A DNA stretch of 64,000 nt from an uncultured Acidimicrobiia bacterium (lineage in GTDB: Bacteria; Acidobacteriota; Terriglobia; Versatilivoradales; Versatilivoraceae). The stretch spans positions 576,001-640,000 of the forward strand of contig CAWBAT010000005.1 in NCBI GenBank assembly GCA_963786955.1, given 5' to 3'. Position 1 is the stretch's first letter. Each line of letters begins with the position of its first letter. Under the pieces are notes generated by a model, which was not told the origin of the DNA, did no database searches, and saw only the letters and a program-made list of their open reading frames with translations. This document shows, piece by piece, positions 37,728 to 47,816 of the stretch. Both the position numbers and the translations under genes were made by a program.

Positions 37728-38980
37728 ATCGACGACGCGCGCTCACGCTTTTGGCCGCTTCCCCTTGGGTTGCCTCACGTGCCTGGGCACAAATCCGTCC
37801 CTCAGCAAAATGCCGCGTATTCCTCGGAACTCATGGACTGCTCCTCGAACCGGGAGGGACGCTCAGAACTTGGCTCATACAGGAACGAAGCGATGGCTTG
37901 GCGCCAGATTGGCTTGGCCTTGGGCACAACAAGCCCTTGAGCGCGTTCACTCTGGTGGCGGTTCCGGGCCTCACCAACGTCGTCAAAGCGGCGGCCGGAA
38001 ACGCATGCTCCTTCGCGGTGCTCGCCGATGGCCGGCTGCTCTCCTGGGGCTGGAACGCCGGCAGCGGCCGCCTCGGCACCACACCGCTATCGGTGGTTGA
38101 AGCGACGGCCTCCTGGGCACCGAACTCGAATCTGCCAGTGCCTTTGGCGACGAAATTTGACGCCGTCGATGTTTCCTCGCAGGACTCCCACGTTCTGGCG
38201 CTAGCCCGCGACGGCAGCGTCTATGCGTGGGGCAAAGGAGACAGAGGACAGCTCGGCATTGGTCCGTTGCCCATCATCAAGTTCAAAACCCATACGCCGT
38301 CTGCAATGACGTATGTGCCGTTTCCCGTGCGCATTCCGAATTTGACGGACGTCGCGGCCATCAGCGCCGGGCGCGAACACTCGCTGGCGTTGCTCAAGGA
38401 TGGAACGGTTAGAGGTTGGGGTAGCAATAAGCTCGGAGAGGTCGGTGATGGCACGACCATCGATCGCGACCGGCCAGTGCCGGTTCAGGGTGTTCGCAAT
38501 GCGGTGGCACTTGCCACCGGCGGCGATGGGTTCTCGGCGGCCCTTCTGGCCGACGGCACCGTAATGACCTGGGGAAGCTCAGCCAACGGGGCACTTGGCC
38601 GGGCGCCGTGGGTCGGTGAGAGCGCCCCTAGCCCGACACCTGCACTCGTGCCTGGGGTGCAAGGCATTCGGGCTATCGGGGCCGGACTTCGTCACATGAT
38701 CGCACTGACCGAAACCGGAACCATCATCTCGTGGGGAGACGACACGTACGGCAACCTGGGCCGAGACAACAATAAGACAAACGTGCCGGGTGTCATCAAG
38801 TCGCTGACGGGTGTTCAGTCCATCTTCACGATTAATTCGGTCTGCTTTGCGGTCCTCGCGAGTGGCCGCATCATGAACTGGGGTGGCGGGGTGCGTCCCT
38901 GGACGCGGCCTGGCGGTGGAATGAACTGGATCAGTCGCTCGCCGATCCTGCTCTGGCTCGACGGACTGGATCAACCGTAG
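37724..38980 (+). CDS. RCC1-repeat beta-propeller protein, probable Tat signal
   Basis: MNRRRALTLL; repeated LAL..DG.V..WG.N..GQLG. Confidence 0.88.
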   Translation: MNRRRALTLLAASPWVASRAWAQIRPSAKCRVFLGTHGLLLEPGGTLRTWLIQERSDGLAPDWLGLGHNKPLSAFTLVAVPGLTNVVKAAAGNACSFAVLADGRLLSWGWNAGSGRLGTTPLSVVEATASWAPNSNLPVPLATKFDAVDVSSQDSHVLALARDGSVYAWGKGDRGQLGIGPLPIIKFKTHTPSAMTYVPFPVRIPNLTDVAAISAGREHSLALLKDGTVRGWGSNKLGEVGDGTTIDRDRPVPVQGVRNAVALATGGDGFSAALLADGTVMTWGSSANGALGRAPWVGESAPSPTPALVPGVQGIRAIGAGLRHMIALTETGTIISWGDDTYGNLGRDNNKTNVPGVIKSLTGVQSIFTINSVCFAVLASGRIMNWGGGVRPWTRPGGGMNWISRSPILLWLDGLDQP

Positions 38981-39050
38981 GAACTTGATTCGCTGCGCGC
39001 CAAGTCGAGAACCTGGAAACGAACGTTCTCTGCGGTCCAAAGAGGAAACC

Positions 39051-40133
39051 ATGATCAAGAGGACATTTCTTATCGTCATTCTGTTCCTTGCCGTTTTTCG
39101 TTCCGCAGTATTCGCCGAGACCACGGTCTGCGATGATGCCGCAATCATGTCGCTGAAGGGGAAATGGGTAACCCAGCATGCCCCTCGGCCCTCACCCAAG
39201 GAGGTCACAAACGAGCAGTACTTGCAGATCACAAAGCGCGCGGATGCCGTTCATCCCTTGCTGTTGGAGACCTACCCGGAACTGGTGGGCATACAGGAAG
39301 GACGATGGTGGCACGGAGGTGGTGCGCCGAGTTCTTTCGCCCCAGGACTTCTTGCCTATTACTATGTTGGCGGCCTCAGTCAGTACTTCTGCGCGCCTAA
39401 CGCATCACCGGATTCCATCTTAGGGAAATTGGGGGCGCCCTTTAATCCCGTCTATGTCCGTGGAGCAGCCGAGACGAATCTGATGGTGACTTTCAACGGC
39501 GGGTTCCCGATGACGACGGCGGGAATGACCGTGGACGGACTCCAGGTGTTCCATCGTCTGCGCCCGGCAGGCACCTGGAAAGGCTACGAGCTGTACGTTC
39601 CACAGCAGAATGCAATCGAAAAGGGAGGCCTGGTGCTGTTGACCCGAAAGGGCATGCTGCCCTATCGCCCGGTCACGCGGAAGCAGTATCTCGATTACAA
39701 GATCGCAGAAATCCAGCGTTTTTACGACGACACTACCGCTGCCGCAAATGAGATCTTGAAAAATCCGGATGCGTCACGCGTGCCGGAATTCGTAGAAGGA
39801 GCAAAGCGGAGCCTTGCCGACGCAGCCAGGATGAGAGATGAACGCACCGCACCGTTTCAGGAGGAGTTGAAGAAGAACACGGCTGACAAGACACTCGGCT
39901 CCCTGGCGATCGTGGAAGGAGAGGGTCCCGACATCTTCACAACCGAGGAGAAAGGGGGCAAGGCACTCGTGACTGTGAACCAGGACTACTTTCGGAAGGA
40001 TCTCCCACCCTACGTGCCGCAGTTCATCGTGGTCCAATGGCAATTGCAGGTGGGTGTGGCGTCCAGCTACTTTAAGAAGATGGTAGAAGCCAACCTTCCG
40101 ATTGAGAAGTTCCAGGCCATGATCGACAGGTAG
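39051..40133 (+). CDS. exported hypothetical protein, paralogue 1
   Basis: GAGG RBS, signal peptide; shares blocks with 40308-41423. Confidence 0.8.
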   Translation: MIKRTFLIVILFLAVFRSAVFAETTVCDDAAIMSLKGKWVTQHAPRPSPKEVTNEQYLQITKRADAVHPLLLETYPELVGIQEGRWWHGGGAPSSFAPGLLAYYYVGGLSQYFCAPNASPDSILGKLGAPFNPVYVRGAAETNLMVTFNGGFPMTTAGMTVDGLQVFHRLRPAGTWKGYELYVPQQNAIEKGGLVLLTRKGMLPYRPVTRKQYLDYKIAEIQRFYDDTTAAANEILKNPDASRVPEFVEGAKRSLADAARMRDERTAPFQEELKKNTADKTLGSLAIVEGEGPDIFTTEEKGGKALVTVNQDYFRKDLPPYVPQFIVVQWQLQVGVASSYFKKMVEANLPIEKFQAMIDR

Positions 40134-40228
40134 GACATGATGACACTCCTTGTCCTGCCGTTAATTTCGAGTCATGCCCTGAAGACTTTCCAATCGGGTA
40201 TCGCTTAAGTAAGAGGGCATTCAATGCT

Positions 40229-40273
40229 GGTAGCAACGGGCTTTAGCCGGGCCGCCTAAAGGCGGTACTACGA
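40229..40273. repeat. GTAG-type REP doublet
   Basis: GTAGCAACGGGCTTTAGCCGG followed by CCGCCTAAAGGCGGTACTAC. Confidence 0.6.
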
Positions 40274-40307
40274 ACGGGACCATCGTCTGCGGTCCGAAGA
40301 GGAAACC

Positions 40308-41423
40308 ATGATCAAGAGAACCGTTCTTACCGCCGTTCTTTGCCTCGGCATCTGCAACTCCGCAGCGTTCGCCCAGGCACCGCCCATCTGCAACGACTCG
40401 ATGATCATGGCGACCAAGGGAAAATGGAAAGCTCCTTCTAACAGCCTACGGCCCCCACGAGAGTTAGTCACCAATGAACATTACCGGGAGGTCACAAACC
40501 GCATCGACGCCGTCCATCCGTTGCTGCTGGAGGCCTATCCGGACCTGTCGGGCATGGAGGCAAGGTGGATGAGGGATGGTCCTGTGACATCTCGCTACAG
40601 CGCAGAAATTATCAAGTATGAGTATTCCTACTTCGCCACCCTCTACAATTACTCCTGTTTGCTGGACGCGAGACCAGGGTCACCCGCAGCGCTGGCGGGC
40701 GCGCCTTTCAGACCCCTCCTCAACGGAGAGACCGGTACCTATTTCATAGTGAAGTTCAATGGGGGGTTCTTGTCGGAGGACATCAACCCGAAGTTCACGG
40801 TAAACGGACGCCGGGTGCTCCTTCTTGAGCGCCCGACAGAAACCTGGAAAGGCTACGACGTGTATAGAACCCCTACCGAAGTCGGCAAGCCTGTACATGG
40901 CAAGGTGATACTGACCCGAAAGGGCATGCGGCCCTATCGCCCGATCACCCGTAAGCAATACCTCGATTACATGATCGAGACGGTGCATCGTCAATTCGAC
41001 GACATGATCGCGGGCGCGAAGAAGACTCTCCAAATGCCAGAAGATCCACTCGGTATAAAGGACGGGGTACGGCAGATGCTTGCCGACGCAACCAAGGCCA
41101 GGGAGTCCATCAGCGCACGGTTTCAGGAAGAGTTGAAGGAGAATGAGGCCGACAAAACGCTCAACTCCCCTGCGATCGTGGATGGGATAGAAAAAACAAG
41201 ATTCTTTGAGAGCCCCAACGTCTTCACGACCGAGGAAAAGGGCGGCCAGGCGCTTGTGACTGTGAACCCAGACTACTTTCGGAAGAATCTCCCGCCTTAT
41301 GTGCCGCAGGTCATCGTGGTCCATTGGATATGGGAGGAGCAGTATGTGGCGAAAACGTACTATGGGAAGAAAGTGGAAGCCAACCTTCCGATTGAGAAAT
41401 TCCAAGCCATGATCGACAAGTAG
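40308..41423 (+). CDS. exported hypothetical protein, paralogue 2
   Basis: same upstream TCTGCGGTCC.AAGAGGAAACCATGATCAAGAG and same C-terminus VEANLPIEKFQAMID as paralogue 1. Confidence 0.8.
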   Translation: MIKRTVLTAVLCLGICNSAAFAQAPPICNDSMIMATKGKWKAPSNSLRPPRELVTNEHYREVTNRIDAVHPLLLEAYPDLSGMEARWMRDGPVTSRYSAEIIKYEYSYFATLYNYSCLLDARPGSPAALAGAPFRPLLNGETGTYFIVKFNGGFLSEDINPKFTVNGRRVLLLERPTETWKGYDVYRTPTEVGKPVHGKVILTRKGMRPYRPITRKQYLDYMIETVHRQFDDMIAGAKKTLQMPEDPLGIKDGVRQMLADATKARESISARFQEELKENEADKTLNSPAIVDGIEKTRFFESPNVFTTEEKGGQALVTVNPDYFRKNLPPYVPQVIVVHWIWEEQYVAKTYYGKKVEANLPIEKFQAMIDK

Positions 41424-41495
41424 GGCAATGAAGATCGCCCTTCTCCTGCCGTTCGCCGCTGAGGACAGCGGCTCCCACTCTCTGTTTATCTGCGG

Positions 41496-42530
41496 CTAGT
41501 CGGATTTATCTTCTTCGAGATTTTGCACAAACTGCCAGCCGAAGCGGCCTTTGATGCAGAGATTTCCATGAGTGACGTCGTGGTCGAGGGGTGAAGTGGC
41601 TTTGACAATACGATTGTCTTGAACGTGCAGCGTTAAGTTGCACCCGACACCGCAGTAAGGGCAAATGGTTTGAGTCTGGGTTTGTTGTGATTCATCCCAG
41701 GTCCCGGCCTGCCGCATCTCATATTCACTGAGAAACATCAAAGCCCCGGTCGGACAAACTCCAATACAGTTGCCGCAATAGACGCAGGCTGATTCAGGCA
41801 GAGGGACGGCATGCTCGGTGGAGATGCGGGCCTCGAAGCCTCGCCCCGCAACTGCAATGGCAAACGTGTTCTGAGCATCCACTCCGCAAGCTTCAACGCA
41901 CTTATAACAAAGGATACATTTCCCGTAGTCGCGCACATAGAGTTCGTTATCGAACTTCGTGGGCTGTGCCACGGTGGCAGCCTGTCTTCCGCCATTCCCC
42001 GGCGGGGTATGAATGCCAGGCCGGGCCGCGTCACGCTCTCCTGTTTCCGCTGGAACGGCCTTGGTTCCAAAACGTTCCGGACGCGCTCCGTATTGCTTCA
42101 TATAATGCTGCAACTCCGGCGCGGTCGACACGTCAACCGAGGAGGCCAGAAATTCCAAGACCAGCCGCCGACTCAGCCGGACGCGCTCCGTTTCTGTTTT
42201 CACGATCATTCCCGCCTCAGCCTTTCGGGAACAGGCAGGCACTAAAGTTCGAGAACCTTCCACCTCGACGACACAAATTCGACACACATTCACAGGCGTG
42301 AGGTTCTCCAGGTAACAAAGCGTTGGCGTATCGATATTCAGCTGGCGGCAGGCTTGCAAAAGAGTTGTGCCTTCAGGGACCGAAATGACCTGACCATTGA
42401 CGGTTAAACTCACCGGACGTTTCTCGGGGGGGGCCGGGATTTCCGGCAGCGGTCCACGCGGAACCGGGTTAATGGAAGGCCCCTTCCAATTAGGGGGTAA
42501 TGGATTATTTTTATGAGAATGAACGGACAT
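41496..42530 (-). CDS. formate dehydrogenase Fe-S subunit (2Fe-2S, 2x4Fe-4S, Mo-bisPGD Fe4S4 domain)
   Basis: PTLC..CRIC..C; CILCYKC; CVYCGNC..CP; CPYCGVGC..LCIKGRFG. Confidence 0.9.
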   Translation of the reverse strand: MSVHSHKNNPLPPNWKGPSINPVPRGPLPEIPAPPEKRPVSLTVNGQVISVPEGTTLLQACRQLNIDTPTLCYLENLTPVNVCRICVVEVEGSRTLVPACSRKAEAGMIVKTETERVRLSRRLVLEFLASSVDVSTAPELQHYMKQYGARPERFGTKAVPAETGERDAARPGIHTPPGNGGRQAATVAQPTKFDNELYVRDYGKCILCYKCVEACGVDAQNTFAIAVAGRGFEARISTEHAVPLPESACVYCGNCIGVCPTGALMFLSEYEMRQAGTWDESQQTQTQTICPYCGVGCNLTLHVQDNRIVKATSPLDHDVTHGNLCIKGRFGWQFVQNLEEDKSD

Positions 42531-42644
42531 TTATGATTTCTGGATTATTCGAATTTGAGCATGGAGACACAATAACAGGAACAACGTACGCAGTTCCAAA
42601 AACGACGACTTTTCCAGTTTGGGTTTTCCCGTTTTCCTCGATGA

Positions 42645-42851
42645 ACCCACCCCTACACCCCTCCGGCGGAGGGGAATTAGGACAAGTCCCCCTTGGAAGG
42701 GGGCAGCAGCCCTAGGCTGCGGGGGATGTCTTGGGCGCATTAATGAACCCCAGTACAAAGCATTGTTCATTGCCCATTGGTCATTTGTCATTGAGTTAAA
42801 TTTTCATTCCAAAAAATGTTAAATGGCAAATGAACGATGAGAAATGAACAA
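42645..42851. repeat. CCCC/GGGG hairpin and heptamer repeat cluster inside the FDH operon
   Basis: CCCCTCCGGCGGAGGGG, CCCCTTGGAAGGGG, ATTGGTC/ATTTGTC arrays followed by their inverse. Confidence 0.6.
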
Positions 42852-42923
42852 TTTTCTTCCTCTAATGTGAACCAAAATACACGAAGCCCGATCCCTTAAG
42901 TATTTGGACACTCTCTTCCTGAT

Positions 42924-44792
42924 TCATTCAAACAGCTTCCAACGCGCCATCGCTGATTCCATGGCACTGGATGCCGTCTGCCCTAATCCGCAGATGGAGG
43001 CATCGCGCATGGCCTGGCTGACTTCTTTGAAGAGAATCAACTCGTCCTGCATCGTGCCAATGAGAGTTCCGTGACTTAAACGATGCAGTAACTCTTCCTG
43101 TCGCACCGTCCCAACTCGACAAGGAACACACTGACCACAGGACTCGTCCCGGAAGAAAGCGGCAATGCGAGACAAAGTCCCTTTCAAGTTCACGCTACTG
43201 TCGAATAAAAGGACGACACCCGAACCCAACGTGGCGCCAATGGTTCGAGTCCCTTCAAATGTCAGAGGAACATCCAACTCTTGGGGAGAAACAAAAGCTC
43301 CAGCAGCGCCGCCGAGCAAAACCGCCTGCAGTTTTCCGTTGCCTCCAACCCCACCGGCCAGTTCGATCAATTGTCGGAGAGTCGCACCAAATACGAGTTC
43401 ATAGACTCCGGGGCGATTCACATGTCCGGAAAGGCAGAACAGTTTAGAGCCGGTTGAGCGCTCCGTCCCGCAGCCGGCATAGCCAGCACCACCTTCCTTG
43501 ATCACCTCCAAGACGTTCACCAAAGTTTCTACATTATTGACCACTGTGGGCTTACCAAACAAACCGTGTTGGGTTGGGAAAGGAGGCTTGTTCCGTGGTT
43601 CGCCTCGGTACCCTTCAATCGAGTTGAACAAGGCGGTCTCTTCTCCGCAAATGTAAGCTCCCGCTCCCCGCCGAATTTCAATCTCGAAGGAAATACCCTG
43701 ATCGAGAATGTTAGAGCCGAGCAAGCCGCGGGATCTCGCCACCTCAATCGCATGCGCCAATCGTTCGGTAGCTAGGGGATATTCTCCGCGGACATAGAGA
43801 AAGCCCTTCTCACAACCCGTCGCAAATCCGGCAATCGTCATGGCCTCAACGAGAGCAAACGGGTCTCCTTCCATAATCACTCGATCCTTAAACGTGCCGG
43901 GCTCGGACTCATCGGCATTGCACACGAGGTAGTGTGGCTGTTCGGCAGCATGAGCCACCGCTTCCCACTTCTTCCCCGTTGGGAAAGCCGCTCCACCGCG
44001 GCCCACCAGCCGGGAGTCGATCACTTCCCGGACTACGGGATCGGCGCCCATTTCCAAAGCCCGGCGCAATGCCGCATAGCCTCCGTGGGCCTGGTATTCA
44101 TCGATGCTTTCGGGGTTCACCGTTCCGACACGGCTCAAAAGCCGCAATCCTGCCTGGCCAGCCTGGGGGACAGAGCGTTTCAAGTCATGGTCATCCACAG
44201 GGGAATGATTTAGGTTCCGGCTCTCTTTTAGAATAGACGCGATTCTGTCAGACGCCACCGGAGCCAGAACTCTTTCCTGAGGCTGGGTTCCGCCTACTGA
44301 AAGCAGCGCTGCTGGAGCACGCTCGCAGAGGCCCAGACAGGGACTGCGCAACCAGGTTGTCCTTCCATCCGAGCTGGGTGTTCCTGCGTCTCCGAGGCTG
44401 CGCTTTAAACGGTCGCACAGGTTTTCGGCTCCGGCAGTTTGGCAGGCAATATCATCACAAACATGAACAACAACCGGCGGGCGAAGTGTCATGGAGAAAA
44501 GACCGTAAAAACTGGCCACTCCATAGGCCTCCGCAGGAGGAATGTCTAATCTCCGGCAGGCATAATTAAAAGCTCCAGTCGCAATCCAGCCAAAACGAGC
44601 TTGGATGGCATGTAATACCGGCAAAAGCAGGTGACGCTGTAATCGCGCACTGGGTCCGCCAAAGGCAACATGCCCTTCCAAATCGATGCGGCGCTCTCCT
44701 CCCCACCAGCCTGAATTGGAAGGTCCCAAAACTTTGTCGACGGATTCTATTTCTTCCGGTGTCGCGACAATATCAGCAAATCGAAGATCCAA
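42924..44792 (-). CDS. NuoE/NuoF-like fused NAD(H)-binding diaphorase subunit
   Basis: CDDIAC, CLGLC, GRGGAAFPTG, NADESEPG, YICGEETAL, SCGQCVPCR. Confidence 0.92.
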   Translation of the reverse strand: MDLRFADIVATPEEIESVDKVLGPSNSGWWGGERRIDLEGHVAFGGPSARLQRHLLLPVLHAIQARFGWIATGAFNYACRRLDIPPAEAYGVASFYGLFSMTLRPPVVVHVCDDIACQTAGAENLCDRLKRSLGDAGTPSSDGRTTWLRSPCLGLCERAPAALLSVGGTQPQERVLAPVASDRIASILKESRNLNHSPVDDHDLKRSVPQAGQAGLRLLSRVGTVNPESIDEYQAHGGYAALRRALEMGADPVVREVIDSRLVGRGGAAFPTGKKWEAVAHAAEQPHYLVCNADESEPGTFKDRVIMEGDPFALVEAMTIAGFATGCEKGFLYVRGEYPLATERLAHAIEVARSRGLLGSNILDQGISFEIEIRRGAGAYICGEETALFNSIEGYRGEPRNKPPFPTQHGLFGKPTVVNNVETLVNVLEVIKEGGAGYAGCGTERSTGSKLFCLSGHVNRPGVYELVFGATLRQLIELAGGVGGNGKLQAVLLGGAAGAFVSPQELDVPLTFEGTRTIGATLGSGVVLLFDSSVNLKGTLSRIAAFFRDESCGQCVPCRVGTVRQEELLHRLSHGTLIGTMQDELILFKEVSQAMRDASICGLGQTASSAMESAMARWKLFE

Positions 44793-44859
44793 TCAGGACT
44801 CCTCGGGATGAAACATCTCATTATTTTTCTTATTATTTGCGATCGGCTATTTTCAATTT

Positions 44860-46806
44860 CTAACTGACTTTGACGCCTTCCGCAACCGATGCGATTTCGT
44901 AGTCTTTCTCAGCAACTACCTTGTCGATTCGGATCGCCGCGGCCTTGAATTCCGATGTGCCAGACTTGGGGTCCACGGCGTCAATGGTCAAAAAATTGGT
45001 AGCGACTTCATCAGGAAAATGCATCGTCATAAAAGTGAGGCCGGGACGTAAAGAGGAATCATAGCGCACCGCGACGAGCAAAGATCCCCGGCGGGAACTG
45101 ACCCTGACTAATTCACCCTCAGCTATCGCATAGCGGATCCCGTCTTCGGGTGAGACGTCCAGAGTCTCACTCCGACGAAGCGGAGACGTAAAGCCGCCCG
45201 TCTGAACCCCCGTATTATAAGAGTCGAGGCGACGACCGGTGGTCAAACGGAGCGGATACTGCTCATCCAGAGGGTCGACAGGCGGAACGAATTCAACAGC
45301 ATTAAAGGATGCAGCGGGGCCCACTCTGGGTTTCTGCCAAAGGCGGCTGTGGAGGAACAACTCACCTGGATGCGTTTCGTCGTAACAAGGCCACTGCAAG
45401 CCTCCCATCGCCTCCAGTCGGACATAACTCATCCCTGCATGGACCGGGCTTAGAGAGCGCAATTCATTCCACAAATCCTCGGCAGAGGGACTCCCCCAAT
45501 CTTTCCCCAGGCGGCGTGCCAACTCGCAGAGGATTTCGAGATCATCCTTCGCATCGGAAGGAGGATCCATTGCCCGTCGGACTCTTTGGACGCGGCGCTC
45601 GCTGTTGGTCACGGTTCCTTCAGACTCATTCCATCCGGATGCCGCCGGCAGAACGACATCGGCCATTTCGGCAGTCGCGGTTAAGAGGATGTCCTGCACC
45701 ACCAAGATATCCAGGCTCTTCAGGAGCCGGACGGCCCGTTCTTGGTCTGCTTCTGATTGGGCCGGGTTTTCCCCAATGACGTAAAGTGCCTTGAATTCTC
45801 CTCGATCCATTGCATCAAACATACCGCTCAAGTGCATTCCCCGTTGGGGGGGGATTCTGGCATTCCAGGCTTGCTCAAACTTGGCTCGGAGCCCTTCATT
45901 CTCGACATGTTGAAAGCCAGGAAGCCGATCGGGAATCGCCCCCATGTCTCCCCCTCCCTGCACGTTGTTCTGCCCACGCAAAGGATTGAGTCCAGATCCG
46001 TAGCGCCCGACATGCCCGGTGAGAAGCCCCAGATTCAGCAAGGCAAGAACATTATCCACCGCGTTATGATGCTCGGTAATCCCAAGAGTCCAGCAAATCA
46101 TGGCTCGATCGGCGCGAGCATAAGCATGTGCCACGTCGCGAATGACCGCTGCCGGAACTCCCGTTATCTTCTCGGCAAATTCCAGAGTATAGCGGTCCAC
46201 CGATTGGCGAAATTCCTCAAATCCGGTGGTGGCATTCTCTATAAATGACTGATGTTGCAAGCCTCCAACAATGATCTCCCTTGCCATGGCGTTGGCCAAG
46301 GCAATGTCTGACCCCACGTCCAGACCCAGCCACACATCGGCCCACTGGGCGGAACTGGTCCGTCTGGGATCAACTACATACAACCGGGCCCCGTTATGAA
46401 TCCCCTTCAAGACATGGTGGAAAAAAATCGGATGAGTTTCGCGCGCATTCGATCCCCAGAGAATAATCAGATCCGTCTCTTCGGTCTCGCGATAGGAACT
46501 CGTCCCCCCTCCCACACCGAAAACCGTCGCCAGACCGACGACGCTAGGGGCATGTCAGGTACGGTTGCAACTATCGATGTTGTTGGTCCCGATGACCGTG
46601 CGAGCAAACTTTTGCGCGAGATAGTTCATCTCGTTCGTTGTCTTCGAGCAGCTGAAGATTCCGAAGTTCTCGGGTCCATGTTTTTCCATGGCCGCCCGAA
46701 ATCCCTGGGCGGCTCGATCTAATGCCTCTTCCCAGGTAGCCGGACGGAGGCTGCCGTTTTCACGGACCAGTGGTTGGGTCAATCGGGTCTTGCGCCTTTT
46801 CATCAT
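44860..46806 (-). CDS. fdhF: selenocysteine-containing formate dehydrogenase catalytic subunit
   Basis: ORFs 46555-46806 and 44860-46515 are in frame across TGA 46555-46557: IDSCNRT-U-HAPSV; LRGQNNVQG motif. Confidence 0.92.
46525..46543 (-). promoter_or_regulatory. bacterial SECIS element
   Basis: CGUCGUC-GGUCU-GGCGACG hairpin starting 11 nt after the UGA. Confidence 0.85.
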
Positions 46807-47113
46807 TACCTCTCGAAATCACTCTGGAGTTCTGTAAATTCCTACCAGAAGTAATCACCACGAAACTCAACGATTAATTGATGAGTTGTGCTTACTCACA
46901 GCTCAGATCCAACCGTTCTCGCCTTGCAAGTCCTTTTCCTTCTAACGAATGGCAGTGTACCGTCAATCCGGAGGGTTGACAAGTCGCTATTTCAGACCGG
47001 CTCAGCGAAGGTGAAAGCTGGAAATGGAGAATGAATCGTAAACAATGAACACTCAATCTGGATCTGTTTTCATTCTCTTGGACTACCTTTTCCTCTTAGT
47101 AGCTTATGGCAAT

Positions 47114-47755
47114 TCAGCGGCGTCCAATCTCAAGGATCTGTGCCTGGATTAGTTCGATACGCTCTCTAGGCTGACTGTTTTTCCCTGTTGGCACTGAGGC
47201 AATCTTGTTCACTGTCTCCATCCCGGAATAGACCTTTCCGAAGATGGTGTATTGGTTGTCCAGCTTTGGCTGTGGGGCAAGGCAAATAAAGAAAGAGGTA
47301 GACGCACTTCCCGGTTTATCGCCGTGCGCCATAGAAAGAGTCCCGGCCAGATGTTTCAAGCGGCTGAATTCTGGCTGCAGCGGACGCACGGCAGATTCAT
47401 ACTCTTGTATTTCAAGAGGTGGGTGCCGAGTCCCCAGATCCCCTCCTTGAATCACGAAGTTTCGGACGACTCGATGCCAGGCCGTGTGGTCGTAAAACCC
47501 AAGCTGACAGAGCCCAAGAAATGTGCGCACATGCACGGGAGCGACATCTGGGAAAAACTCCAGTTCAATTTCCCCCAGCGAGGTCTTCAGAACGACGCGA
47601 TAATTTTTCAGCTCCTCTCTCGATTTCACGGAAAAAGAGACCCATGTTGGGGCGATCTTTTCTTTGGGTCTATCTCCCGGGAGGTTGTTCTGCCGGTTTT
47701 CTCCGCACGCCAATAAAAAAAACATGGCCGGAAGGAATATACTTTTTCTCTTCAC
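47114..47755 (-). CDS. cyclophilin-type peptidyl-prolyl isomerase, lipoprotein
   Basis: AAGGAG-GTG start; LLAC lipobox; HRVVRNFVIQGGD, GTLSMA, YTIFG. Confidence 0.88.
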   Translation of the reverse strand: MKRKSIFLPAMFFLLACGENRQNNLPGDRPKEKIAPTWVSFSVKSREELKNYRVVLKTSLGEIELEFFPDVAPVHVRTFLGLCQLGFYDHTAWHRVVRNFVIQGGDLGTRHPPLEIQEYESAVRPLQPEFSRLKHLAGTLSMAHGDKPGSASTSFFICLAPQPKLDNQYTIFGKVYSGMETVNKIASVPTGKNSQPRERIELIQAQILEIGRR

Positions 47756-47816
47756 AAGGATTTTCTCCTTGAATGGACTATAATCCTGAAAAATCATGCC
47801 TCAATTGGAGGTCTCA

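Noticed and set aside
39051-41423. Diversity-generating retroelement TR/VR pair
   Set aside because: No reverse transcriptase; differences are not adenine-specific and the C-termini are the most conserved part
46807-47110. Moco/Tuco riboswitch upstream of the FDH operon
   Set aside because: Could not identify the conserved stems by eye; an Rfam scan would be needed
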